DNA of 64,000 nucleotides, taken from Rhynchobatus australiae. Lineage: Eukaryota. The stretch spans positions 3,252,985 through 3,316,984 of the forward strand of contig JAUZTB010000067.1 in assembly GCA_034780895.1 (NCBI GenBank), read 5' to 3'. Below are positions 12,801 through 24,750 of this stretch, piece by piece (the first letter of the stretch is position 1; every line of letters begins with the position of its first letter). A program made the position numbers and the translations under genes. A model generated the notes under the pieces. That model was not told the DNA's origin and made no database searches. It was given only the letters and a program-made list of their open reading frames with translations.

Positions 12801-13589
12801 CTGCACATTAGTCTGGGGGATTCTAAGGAGATGGGGGACTTAGGACCCTGCCCTTCAGTCTTGAATTGAGGAAGAATCAAAAGGTAGGGAGAAAGATGCT
12901 AACCATGATAGTGATTCACAGTGTCAGAAGAAACATGGTAAAAGGTGAATCAGCATTTAAGATTTTAATTTTGTAAAAATGGATATTAGAGGGTTAATAA
13001 TGAAGCATCAGATGACCAAGAAGTGTGAATGTACAGAATTAGAAACAACAGAGGAAGCAGGTGAAGGATTCAAATAATCTTTATTGTGTCCTTGGTTAAC
13101 TGATAAATGAAGGAAATTCAGTTTGTTTTTATAAATAACGTTGACCACAAAGAGAAATGGTAGCTGCTATAAAATTAAAGGATGATTAATCGACTGTCAG
13201 GGAATGTGGAGACACAACAGATAGTGGGTGTTTCAGGTCTAGATTTTCCAATTCTAAGATGGTAGAACTGTTAGTGTTGACTTTTTTTCACCATGAAACT
13301 GACGGCAACTTCATGAGTTAATTCTGTGTGTAGTGAAACGTGGAACAATCATTTCACCTCCACACATTGTGCTGTCTGCAGCCTTCTCCACTGTGGAAAA
13401 GGAAAACACTAGAACGTGGAGTAGTTGAGTCTGCTTCATTGTAAATTACCCTGCAAAACGTTCACTTTGTTGCATGAGGTTGGGCAGGACAGTAAGTCAC
13501 ATTAATGTTCAGCAAACTGTTGGTGTCAAGTTTATTGTCATATGCAGATATACCTGCTGCAGATGTGCAATGAAAAGCTTGCTTGCAGC

Positions 13590-14555
13590 AACATCTGCAA
13601 CTGGATATTCAGCTTTCTAATCAGCAGAAGTCAGTCAGTGAGGATTGGTAACAACATCTCCTCCTCACTGACCATCAACACATGCACCACAAGGTGGTGT
13701 GTTTATCCCCTACTATGTTCTCTATGCACACATGTCTGTGTGGCTAAGCACAGCTCGAATTCCATCTACAAATTTGCTGTTGCCATCACTGTTGTTGGAT
13801 GAATCACAGGTGGTGATGAGTCAGGTTACCAGAGCGATATTGGACACCTGGTTGAGTGGTGCCACAACAACAACCTCTCACTCAACGCCAGTAGAACTGA
13901 AGAGTTGATTGTGGACTTCATGAAGGGGAAGGAGGGTGAACATGCTGGGGAAGATAGTCAGCATCTTTAAATTCCTGGGCATTACATATTGGATGATGTG
14001 TGCTGAGCCATGCAGTCAACAAGGAATGCTCACCGGTGTCTTTAATTTCTAAGGCAGTTAAGGACGTTCCACTTGTGACTAAGCACTCAAGTAAACATCG
14101 ATGTACAGTTGAAAGTATCCTAACAGGTTGAATAATGATCTGAACGGCAATTTGAATGTGCAGGAACAAAAGAAGCTGCAGAGAGGAGTAGATTCTGCCC
14201 AATACATCACGGGTACATCCCTCCCCACCACCGGTAGTATCTACAGGAGGTGCTGCCTCAAGAATGCAACATCCATCATCAAGGATCCCCACCATGCGGT
14301 CCATGCCATCTTTTTTCAGATACAATCGGGCAGGAGGTTCATAATACTGAAGTCCCACATCACCATATTCAAGAACAACTACTTCCTTTCAACCGGCACG
14401 GCCCTCATCACCAGAATTTTCCAACACTGTGACCACATTTATCAGTTTGCATTGTGATACTCTGTGCTTGTAATGCTGCTGTAAGTTAGTTTTTCATTGC
14501 GCCTGTGTGTACATGTGCTTGTGCTGATGACAATAAACTCGACTTTGACTTTGAC
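13590..14555 (+). mobile_element. Rex1/Babar-type LINE, RT C-terminal half and 3' end
   Basis: CNWIFSFL..RSQSVRIGNNISSSLTINT..; KHSSNSIYKFA; QKKLQRGVDSAQYITG; ends in AATAAACTC(GACTTT)n. Confidence 0.85.
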
Positions 14556-14837
14556 CATTCCAGAAATAAAATACAATGTATCTGTTTGTTTCTTAATGCC
14601 AAAAACATATTTTTCCAGGCTGCTGTGTTCAACAGGCTAAAGCCTTTTTTCTCAAATTACATCCACCCTTTAAGACTATCCTTATTTTTCTTTGAAGAAA
14701 TGGAAGCAGAATTACACATTATATGCGATTATTCATCAAAACAATTACTGGAATCAGCTGCTTTAAGTTCTCTGTTTCAATTAGCAGGAAAGAACAAAGA
14801 TGTCTTCCCAATATCCAACCTGGTGACTGATGTCGGG

Positions 14838-14845
14838 TATAAATA
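14838..14845 (+). promoter_or_regulatory. Putative TATA box of the second GPR139-like exon 1
   Basis: TATAAATA 57 bp upstream of the ATG at 14895. Confidence 0.5.
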
Positions 14846-14894
14846 TACCAGAATGTAAATGTAGTGTATTGTGTGCTTGAAGCTTTCAACAGCA

Positions 14895-14964
14895 ATGCAT
14901 GAAGTTGCACAAATCTTGGGATTGGCCATTTGCTATTCTATCATTGCAGTTATCGGCATTCCCG
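14895..14964 (+). CDS. First coding exon of a GPR139-like orphan GPCR (MHEVAQILGLAICYSIIAVIGIP+G)
   Basis: ATG, Y.IIAVIGIP TM1 motif and phase-1 donor CCCG|GTAAAG. Confidence 0.75.
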
Positions 14965-15544
14965 GTAAAGTATTGGTGTTAAATATCAATCTGGAAAATA
15001 TTGTGAAATGTTGCATCACGACTGTGTTTATTGGTAGTGTTGCTTTCCGTGCAGTGTAGATTTTTACCCCTTTGCTGTTCTCTCAGTATCATTAATACCT
15101 CTTCATTGTTTTCTCCTGTTGGTTGCACCAGTTTAATTGAATATTTTATTCCTTTCAAGTTTAATTTTTCAGAGTGCATTTTATCACAAATAGAGGTAGA
15201 GTTTCTTCTTTCTAAATCTAATCTTTTCGTCTGCTTGTGATATTCTAATCTGGATTTGACACCGATTAGATTATCTCTTCTCATTATTATGGTAAACACC
15301 CAACTACAATGGAAGCAATTTCTTTTCTAATGGCACTTGTATGAACAGGTTCACACAAAATTTGGCACCAAATTTAAATTTAGGAGTTTAAAACGGGACA
15401 TGGAGCGTTTGAAAACAGTGGTACTTTATTGAAATGGTGGAACTGAGGATCCAGTAGGTCAGTCAGAGGAGGAGGGGTATTTGATATGGAGATTTTGTGA
15501 TATCAAGCCTTATTGCACCATGAACGTGTGACCACTTATTTGAT

Positions 15545-16790
15545 CTAAAGTGCTGTCCATCTGCATTCATCAATGACCGATCTTCCACATTGCACTCTCC
15601 ATAAATTCACTTAGATTCATAGTCATATAGCAATACAGCAGAGATACAGGTCCTTCGGCCCAACCAGTCCATGCCGACCACAGTTCTCAACCAGCCAGTC
15701 CCAATTTCCTGCGTTTGGCCCATATCCTGCTAAGCCCCACCCCTCCAAGTGCTTCTTAAATGATACTATTATACCTGCCTCAACCTCTGGCAGCACATTC
15801 CATATACTCACCACCCTCTGCATGAAAACGTTGCCCCACAGGTCCCTTTTACATCTTTCCCCTCTCACCCTAAACCTATCGCCTCTACCCTGGGGAAAAG
15901 ACAGTAACGATCCACCTTATAATTTTCCATCTCTCATAATTTTAAACACTTCTATAAGGTTGCCCCTCATTCTTCTGCACTCCAAGGAATAAAGAACTAG
16001 CCTGGCCAACCGCTCCCTATAACTCAGGCCCTCTCGTCCTGGCAACATCCTCGTAAATCTTTTCTGAACTCTTTCCAGTTTAACCACATCTTTCCCATCA
16101 CAGGATGACCAAAACTGTACACAGTACTTCAAGTGCGGCCTCACCACCAACTTATACAACTGCAACATAATGTCCCAACTACAATACTCAATGCCCTGAC
16201 TGATGAAGGCCAGCGTGCTGAACATCTTTTTCATCACCCTGTCTACCTGAAACGACTTACTACCTACTTCCACCACCTCTCTGCAGCCAGTACATAGAAT
16301 CACAAAATCTCCAGTTCAAATACACATCCCACACTTACTGACTTATTGGATCCTCAGTTCTGCTATTTCAATAAAGTCCTGCTGTTTTCAAACACCCAGG
16401 TCCTGTTTTAAACTCCTAAATGTAAATTTGATGTTTGAAGCTGTTCAAACAAGTCACAAAAGAAAAGACATTACTTCCATCTTTGTTTTTTTTCTGCTAA
16501 TTGTAACAAGGAACTTAAGGCAGCTGATGCCAGTAATTGTTTTGATGACTAATCGTCTATAATGTTTAACTCTGCTTCCATTTCTTCCAAGAAAAGTAAG
16601 GGCCGTCCTAAAGGACCGTGGATGGAAATTGTGAAACCTGGCTTTAGTCTGTTGAACTTAGCAATCTGGGAAAATATGTTTTTGGCATTAAAAAATGAAC
16701 AGATACATTGGATTCTGTTTGTAGAATAATTGAAGTCAAAGTCGAGTTTAGTCATCTTCACAAGCACAGGTACACACAGGTGCATTGGAG
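15545..16790 (-). repeat. Inverted cassette copy 3, lacking TATA and exon 1, interrupted by a CR1
   Basis: 16290-16790 is the reverse complement of the cassette with about 510 bp missing. 15560-15612 is the reverse complement of about 7515-7565. Confidence 0.85.
15615..16250 (-). mobile_element. CR1 LINE 3' end
   Basis: QVDRVMKK..LAFISQGIEY; LVVRPHLKYCVQFWS; LERVQKRFTRMLPG; RGNLIEVFKIM; 3' tail. Confidence 0.92.
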
Positions 16791-17460
16791 TTTAGGGCTG
16801 ACGATCCAGAGTCAAATAAGACGTCCAGGTACGACATCCGGTTGGCCCTTGCAAAGAGGCAATTTTCGACTAAACTGGAATTGCAGATGGACACTCGGCA
16901 GCTGTGGCAGCGCTTGCACAATATAACTTCCTGCAAGGCGAGATCGGGCAGCATAAGTAGCACCATCCCATCACTCCCGGATGAGATTAATGCCTTTTAT
17001 GCGCGCTTTGATAGGGAGAAATATGTAGAACACTCACACGAGCTCCCACATCTCCGGCTGACCCTGTAATCTCAGTCTCTGACGTCGACGTCCGGGCATC
17101 CTTCAAGAGGATGAATCCAAGAAAGGATCCTGGTGTAGGTGGTGTACCCAGCCGAGTACCAGAGATCTGTGCGGACCGACTGGCTGGAGTGTTTACGGAC
17201 ATATTCAGCCTGTCGCTTCTGTGGCCTGAGGTTCCCATCTACTTCAGATAATTACCAATTATACCAGTGCCCAAGAAGAGCGTGATGACCTGCCTGTAAC
17301 TAGTCTGGTAGCGCTTACATCAACCATAATGCAATGATTCTGGAGGTTGTTTGCACCACAAACCGACTCCTGCCTCGGAGATGACCTGGATCTGCTTCAA
17401 TTTGCCGACCGCCACTGCGGATACAAATTCTCTGGCTCTTCTCTCTGCTCTGGACCATCT
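16790..17460 (+). mobile_element. Rex1/Babar-type LINE, pre-RT region
   Basis: AKRQFSTKLE..DTRQLWQ; SLPDEINAFYARFD; CADRLAGVFTDIFSLSL; IIPVPKK. Confidence 0.85.
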
Positions 17461-17469
17461 GCTTTTCAC

Positions 17470-18030
17470 CGTATCTTGCTCCTTATGATTTTATAAACCT
17501 CCATAAGGTCACCCCTCATCTACCTGTGCTCCAGGAAAGAAAGTCCGAGCCTATCCAGCCTCCCCTTGCAACTCAAACCCTCCAGTCCCGGCAACATCCT
17601 CATTAATCATTTTTGTAACCTTTCCAGTTTAATGACAACCTTCCTATAACAGGAAGACCAGAACTGTCCACAGGACTCCAAATGTGGCCAGATCCCGACC
17701 CGAAACTTCAACTGCACATTTCACTCCACAGATGTTATCTGACCAGCGGACTTTCTCCAGCATCTTCTTTGTAGCTACAGATTTCAGCATCTACAATCTC
17801 TGGCATTACCAAAATCTTGTGCAGCTGCAACATGGCATCCCAACTCCTATACTCAGTATCGTGACTGATGAAGGCAAGTGTGCCAAATGCCTTCTTCACC
17901 AACCACACTTTCAAGGAACTATGCACCTGCCCCCTGGGACTCGCTGTTCTACAACACTCGCCATCGACCTACCATTTACTGTGTAAATCTTGCTCTAGTT
18001 CACTTTTACCAAACTGCAACACCTTGCAGT
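17470..18030 (-). mobile_element. CR1 LINE ORF2 C-terminal fragment with a short nested repeat at about 17690-17800
   Basis: VKKAFGTLAFISHDTEYRSWDAMLQL; matches the CR1 at 15615-16250. Confidence 0.8.
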
Positions 18031-19039
18031 TATCTTAAATAAATTTAGTAATCTAACTATGTATCCTCTCAACTTGCAAAATGTAACTTTGCTGAAATGG
18101 ATCAAACTCTAATTCCAAGGTTTGTCATGAATCACATTTTAATTCTAAGATGTGGAAATAAAAAATCACTCTGCTTCAAGATGCAATATCCGCTATTTGG
18201 ACAACGTATCCTGAAGTGAATCAAAATGTGAGACAGTACACAATCATATTGGATTTCTGCAAAATGANNNNNNNNNNNNNNNNNNNNNNNNNNNNNNNNN
18301 NNNNNNNNNNNNNNNNNNNNNNNNNNNNNNNNNNNNNNNNNNNNNNNNNNNNNNNNNNNNNNNNNNNATTGTCCTTGTTTGGGGGGGGGGGTGGGGGTGG
18401 GGGTGGATTTACTCGGTCATTCGATTTGAGTCTGCAACGATCCGACCAAAGAGAACTGAATTGAAATAGTTACGTTGAATTCTCTCAGCACCAATGAGTA
18501 TTTCCACCTGTTTCTGTTCGGGACTGACGTGCATTCTTAGGTTTGGTAAAATATTTGCGTTATGTGCTTCTGCCTCAAAGATTTGAACGAACACAAACGA
18601 TCTTAAAATTAATAAAATTTGGTTTTCATATTGATTGAAAGTATACATGTCAATGGTGTGTTACCGCCGGATAGAAGCTCCCTTCTTCTCACTCTCGCAG
18701 ACTATCCCCAACAAGTGAGTAAATCGAGCTGGTGCCAGACAGATTTCCAGACACAAAAATCATTAAAGAGAGTGGGAAGAGGTCGGGAACAGGGAAATGA
18801 CGTCGGATGATCAGCAATAGCCGCATTTAATATCGGAGAACGCTCGAAGGACCAAATAGCCCACACCAGCTACTGTTTTCTATGTTTAAGCTTTGTGGTC
18901 GGGCGAACTGGTCAATTTCATCAACTTTCCGTAGTTTCAGGAAACCTGCTGTGACGGTGTTCACCTGCACCCGCTGTTCTTATTGTTCGGGGGGAGTGGG
19001 GGGAGTGGCGGGGCCCATACACCTGTCTGCATCAACGGT

Positions 19040-19750
19040 ACTGAGGTTGAGAGGGTTGAAAGTGTCAAATTCCATTGAGGAAGCATCACCAATTGCCTCT
19101 CCTGGTCCAACCACGGAGACGCATCGGGCAAGAAAGCTCACGAGCACATCTACTTTCTCAGGACGCTAAAGAAATTTGACATGTCCCCATCGACCAACAC
19201 CAACTTCTAACGATGCCCCACAGAAAGCATCCTATCCGGATGCATGACGGCTTCGCATGGCAACTGCTTTATCCATGACCGCAAGAAACTGTTGAAAGTT
19301 GTGGACACAGCTCAGCATATCATGGAAACCAACCTCTCATCCCTGGACTTTTTCTGTACTTCTCACTGTCTCGGTAAAGCAGCCAGGTGAACAAAGATCC
19401 CACCCACCCCGGAGATTCTCTCTTCTCCCTGTCCGAAAGGGCAAAATATACAAAAGGCTAAAAGCAGGAACCACCAGACTCAGGAGCAGCTGCTTTCCGG
19501 TTTTTAAATGACCATTGAACGGTTCCCCAGTTCGATAAGGTGGACTCTTGAATTCACAATCTACCTCGTTATGGTCTTCCATCTTATTGCTTGCCTGCAC
19601 TGCACCTTCTCTGTACCTGTTACACTTTATTTCTCATTCGTTGTCGTTTTACCTTGTACTATGTAATGACTTGATCCATACGAACGGAATGCAAAAAAAC
19701 TTTTCCATCTACCTCGGTACATTTGACAATAATCAAACAATTCCAATTCC
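19040..19750 (+). mobile_element. Rex1/Babar-type LINE 3' end (second subfamily)
   Basis: YFLRTLKKF..; ESILSGCMTA..GNC..DRKKL..VVDTAQHI; TTRLRSSCFP. The 3' UTR is shared with 28940-29460, 32700-32970 and 47785-48260. Confidence 0.8.
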
Positions 19751-20329
19751 AGCTCTCCCTGGGAGAGGTCGATGGTTTGGAAGTTATTGTTGACGGCAGG
19801 GATGTTTGATCGCCAGGTGAATGCCGTCTGCGGTTGTTCAGTGCAGAAACACACATGTCCGGCCTGTACCCAGCTTGAACATCCTCCTCCCCGACACCCT
19901 TGTCGCCGTCTCCTTGTTCCAGTCACATTCTGACTCTTTAGGAACAAGTAGCCGGCGAGCTGAAAAATCGGGACAGGATTCGGTCCAGCAGCGGGTGACG
20001 TCAGTATGGCCAACAAGCATTGACAACCAATGACGTTGTTCCTTTCGGCCAGTTGATCCTCTCTCCCGGTGTGGGTTTGCCGGCTGAGTATTTCTATTGA
20101 ATTATATCCCATTGAGTAAATATAAAGATTCCTGCTCCCGCTCTGTCCTTTTTCTATCTCCTCCTGATCTATCCAGTTCTTCTTACACACACCCCAGCCA
20201 CATCATCTGATTTCCCTCCCTGAACTCACTCCGACTGCCCATCACCCACACTCCAGCCACTGGGTCTCCTCTCCATTTCCGGCACATTTCCCATTTGCCC
20301 ACCCACATCCCTTATTTGATTCCATGCTC

Positions 20330-20620
20330 CACCTTTCTTTCCTTTCCACCATCTGCAGCCGTTTGTTGCCTCCACCTAATATATCCCAGCCTCTGTCGCT
20401 ATTCTGCTCTTCCCTCTCCATATGCCCATCACCCCCTCACCCGGATCCACTTGTCGCTTTCCAGCTCTTGTTCAACTTCCCCTCACCTCTATACGCTGGC
20501 TCTATTCGCTCTATATTTCATTCCAGATGAAGGGTCTCCACCCGAAACATCGACTGGTCAATTTCCCTCCACAGGTGGTGCCCAACCCGCTGTCGTCCTC
20601 CAGCATCTTGATCTGTTCTC
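20330..20620 (+). mobile_element. Penelope-derived terminal repeat with a degenerate hammerhead ribozyme core
   Basis: Pyrimidine-rich tract, then CAGATGA-A-GGGT-CTCC-ACCC-GAAAC-ATCGACTG at about 20524-20556. Confidence 0.6.
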
Positions 20621-23089
20621 CACAGTGATTCCTGCTGCCGTGCTCACCGTCCGGTCGCTGTGTGTTTTCTCACCCTGCGGGATGCTTTTAGCAAGGCTGC
20701 CTATCAACCGCGCCATGTCCTTTTCTCTCTTTTCCCTTCCAGGAGAAGCAGCAGGAGCTTGAAAGGCCGGGCGTAAACACCAAGTGCAGCTTCTTCCCCA
20801 CAGCTGTCAGACTTTTGAATCAGTCATCTCTCTCACACCCCCTTACCGGTGGTGCTGCCATGTACTCTTCACTCGATCTATCTCGGTTGAAACTTTAAAA
20901 TATTTTGTTACAGTACTTCAAACGGCAGTTTTTGCCCCAGTCCGCTGTTGTTTACGCTTGTCGTTGTATTTATTGTCGTATTTGTTATTATATCGTTTCC
21001 TCTACAAACATCGTGCAACAAATGCATTTTATGCACCCTGGTACATATGACAATAGTGTAATCTAATCAAGTTCACCACTTTCCCTCTGACTGACCCTAC
21101 TTTAATTGAACCGTCTACAGAATTGATGTTTGACGATTCTACGCCGAATCTCCCTGCAGAAACCATTCTTGTGTGAGAGATTCTTGTGGGTGTGCGGTTT
21201 CCCTGCTCTGTTGACAATGCTCCTGTTGTATGAATGAAGATCCCTCGCTGTGCCACCGACTGTTTATTCCGAGCCTAGACGTACGCCCCCCCCCCACCTC
21301 GTGACGTGCCTTTGCCAAGGAAGACGGAGAGCAGCCAGAGGCAACCTGAAAGATTCAGTGCTCACCCTTTGTGAGTGGGTGAGGGTCCGGTGAAGCGTTC
21401 ACTTGCCGCTGCTCCAAGTGCCGCCTGCTTCTCCGCTTCTCACCAGGACCGCGAGCGGGTTGAACCGTAATACCAATCGGTGCCGGTCTCCAGCGGATTC
21501 ACCAACCAGTGAGCGGTCAGTGCGGGTTTGGGGATAGCCCCTCACTGGATGCACCGGTTTGCCTTATATCGCTGTTCCACCCCGAATTGCCGCAGGTTCT
21601 GGTCTTTTGTTCTCTGTTCTGCGGCAGAACCTTGTTCCGGTTTCTTTCTGATTCTCTGCTCTTTTACGGTTTGTGTTTTCGGCTGCTCGCCTTCCCAGGT
21701 ACTGCACGATGGTTCTGATGTATCGTTCCTGGGTAGCTTTGTTGGTTTTGTTGGAAAATACCAGGAATATCGGCAACCTCCCGCAATCCGCAGCGGAAAC
21801 TGCTGGGGGAACTTGAATCTCTTACAACCGAGACAGTCGCATGCGTTTCTTTTTCTGATGAAGGTATTAACAGGTATTATTGCAACCCCGCCAGACAAAT
21901 TTGGATAGCTATCAGTCGCACCAATTGTGAGTATCCCTCTCTCCCTGATGCAATGTCTGCTTGTGTCTCTCGCAAGCCAATGTCTCATTCAATCTTTCGA
22001 TCGTTCTGGAAATAATCTGCCGATTTTCTCGCTCACATTTCTCGCCCTTCTTTCTGTCCATGTACATCTGACACGGTCCCCGGATGTATTTTCCTCTCTC
22101 TGCTCTGACGAACTTCTCTGTTGTCTGCGTTCTGTGTTTAACACCAACCATCACAGCATTTGGCGCTTATGATTGTCGCCTTCTGTCTNNNNNNNNNNNN
22201 NNNNNNNNNNNNNNNNNNNNNNNNNNNNNNNNNNNNNNNNNNNNNNNNNNNNNNNNNNNNNNNNNNNNNNNNNNNNNNNNNNNNNNNNGTTTGGAATCTG
22301 GAACCCACTACCCAAGCGTGTAGTGAAGGCAGAACCTCTCACAGCATTTAACAAATATCCAGACGAGTAGTTGAATCGCCAAGGTATAGAAGCCAGTGGA
22401 AGATGTGTTGGTAGTTAAAAAGAATATAAATGGTTAGTTAGTGGTCCGCATGGCCTGATACTCCATAGTATCAGTTGACAGCTCGATGAGAAAAACAAGT
22501 GTAAAGCAGTGAACTGTGGCACCATACGAAATGGCCAACCTGCCGGTCCGTGCCAGAGGAGAATGCGAAACTGAGTCAACATCACAAAAATGTAAGTGAT
22601 GTTACCTGAAGTTATTCAATTCGAAAGGAAGACCTGAAAGCTGTAAATATCCTCAAGATAGATATTTCCTCGAGCAACGTTATCGCAGTGCAAGAGATCA
22701 AAGGGAGCTCCACGTGGGAATGGGATGCAGGAATAAAATAGAAGCCATTTGAATGCTCAGGTTCGCCTGCCAACAGCACCGTATTTTTGTTTGTACTTCT
22801 CCAGAGATGCCCATTCCTGAAACAGACCTGAAATGTTAGTTATCCGGAATTGATGAATTCCCTGTTAAATCCTGCGGTTCGTCGTGTGCAGTCCGGTTGA
22901 ACACGTAATGCCACAGTTCAAAGACTTCTCACCAAGGGTTCACCAAGATCTTAATCAGTGCTTAATTTAGGCAAGGCACATACCAGAATTCACATGAGAT
23001 GGAGTAACAGTATCTGCCTGACTGAACAAAAATCCAAAAGGACACTAGGAAAAGGATAACTCGGAACAGGTTCCGCCCTGATTCTCCCT

Positions 23090-23370
23090 GTAAGGTGAAA
23101 GATGGTCATTTGAAAGGAGATGTGCAGGGGATGTGTTTTTCAACAGAATGATGGGTGCCCGGAATGCACTGCCGGGGCGGTAGTGGAGGGAAATGCGAAA
23201 GAGGCGTTTCAGAGGCTCTTCGATAGACAGATGAATGTTCAGGGAATGAAGGGATGTGGACATGGTGGGCAGAGGGCAGAAGTGATTAGATTAGTTCGGC
23301 ATTTAAACGCTTGTTTAATTAATTTGGTACAACATCTTTGGCCGAGGTGCCTGTTCCTGTGCTGTGCTAT
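23090..23370 (+). mobile_element. CR1 LINE 3' end
   Basis: NALPGAVVE..F..L.D.QM tail motif and a GGCCGAGGTGCCTGTT-type 3' UTR. Confidence 0.65.
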
Positions 23371-23399
23371 TCTCGCATCACGACAAGGTGACAATCCAC

Positions 23400-23760
23400 G
23401 GAGAAGCTTGTCTGGTCCTGATATCCCGAGAGCGATGCCGTCTGGAGCTATGCTCCAGGTAGGGTCACCCATGGCGGTAAGGTCGATGGGAAGGTCACTG
23501 ACAAAGAACCATCCAACCAAGACCTCAGCAGTGGAACAGGTGNNNNNNNNNNTTTCGTCAGCTTCAATCGTCGTTGTTTCCATGCCATTGGAATCAGTTG
23601 GTTGATTTGTGAAGTATCGTGTGCCTTTTGTAGTACAAAATCAATACACGTTAAACAAATTCACGCACAGGCGTCTTGGCTCTGTGGGCTATCGAGAGCC
23701 CACAAATAGATCAACAGAACGAAGACCATCATCCTCCACCTGGAGGGATAGCCACGGCGA
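23400..23760 (+). mobile_element. RTE-clade LINE 5' UTR remnant
   Basis: GAGCGATGCCGTCTGGAGCTATGCTCCAGGTAGGGTCACCCATGGCGGTAAGGTC resembles the Rex3/Expander-type RTE leader motif (from memory). No ORF is visible before the gap. Confidence 0.5.
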
Positions 23761-24079
23761 CGAAGACTGTTCCATGTTCTAATTCATTGTGAATTAGAAA
23801 NNNNNNNNNNNNNNNNNNNNNNNNNNNNNNNNNNNNNNNNNNNNNNNNNNNNNNNNNNNNNNNNNNNNNNNNNNNNNNNNNNNNNNNNNNNNNNNNNNNN
23901 AGTCCTGTGTTCTCTATTCCTTTGTGAAGATCCAGTTCGTGTTGGGATTCCTCTTCTGATCTCCGAGGCAAGATTCCCTCCAGTTGCTGCCTGCGTTTGA
24001 CCTGAGGAAGTATCCTGTCTCCAGTCTTGTATCGGTGTGACGCATCTGGGTTCTCTGTGAGTTTGCTCAACATTGTGAT

Positions 24080-24750
24080 ACACTGAAAGTTGCATCACAG
24101 CTGGATAGGGTAGTTAAGAAAGCTTATGGGATGTTAGCTTTCATAAACCGGCGAATCGAGTTTACGTGCCACGAAGTAATTAAGCAGTTTTACAAAACTC
24201 TGATTGGACCACACTGAGATTACTGTGTCCAGTTCTGCTCAACTCATTACCAGCAGGATGTGGAGGCGTTGAAAATGGTGCAGAGGAGATTTACCAGTCT
24301 GCTGCCTGGATTATAGAGAATGGGTTATGAGGAGAGACGAAAGGAGCTAGGCATTTACTCATGGGAGAGAAGGAGAATGATGGCGGGGACATAATAGATG
24401 TATACATAATAATGAGAGGAATATATAGAGTAGACAGACAGCGCCTCTTTCCCAGGGCAACAATACTCAAAACAAGAGGACGTGGATTTAAGGTATTCCC
24501 ATTGTGGGAAGATCAAAGGAGATGTCAGAGGGAGGTTTTTCACCCAGAGAGTGGTTGGTGCATGGAATGCTCTGCCTGGTGGAGGCTGATACGTTGGTCA
24601 AGTTCAAAAGATTGTTGGATGAGTCGATGGAGGAATTTAAGATAGAGGGATATAGGGGAGGAAGCTGTTAGATAGTCTTAAGTGTAGTTTGAAAGGCGGC
24701 ACGACATGGTGGGCCGAAGGGCCTGTATTGTGCTGTATTGTTCTCTGGTT
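24080..24750 (+). mobile_element. CR1 LINE 3' end
   Basis: KVASQLDRVVKKAYGMLAFI; YCVQF; VQRRFT.LLPGL; TRGRGFKV; tail GGGCCGAAGGGCCTGTATTGTGCTGT. Confidence 0.9.

Larger units (their letters stand above)
14500..15510 (+). repeat. GPCR promoter/exon-1 cassette, copy 2
   Basis: Colinear with 6637-7500. Confidence 0.88.

Noticed and set aside
19627-20190. 187-aa minus-strand ORF
   Set aside because: No recognisable domain, and it partly overlaps a LINE 3' UTR; left unassigned.
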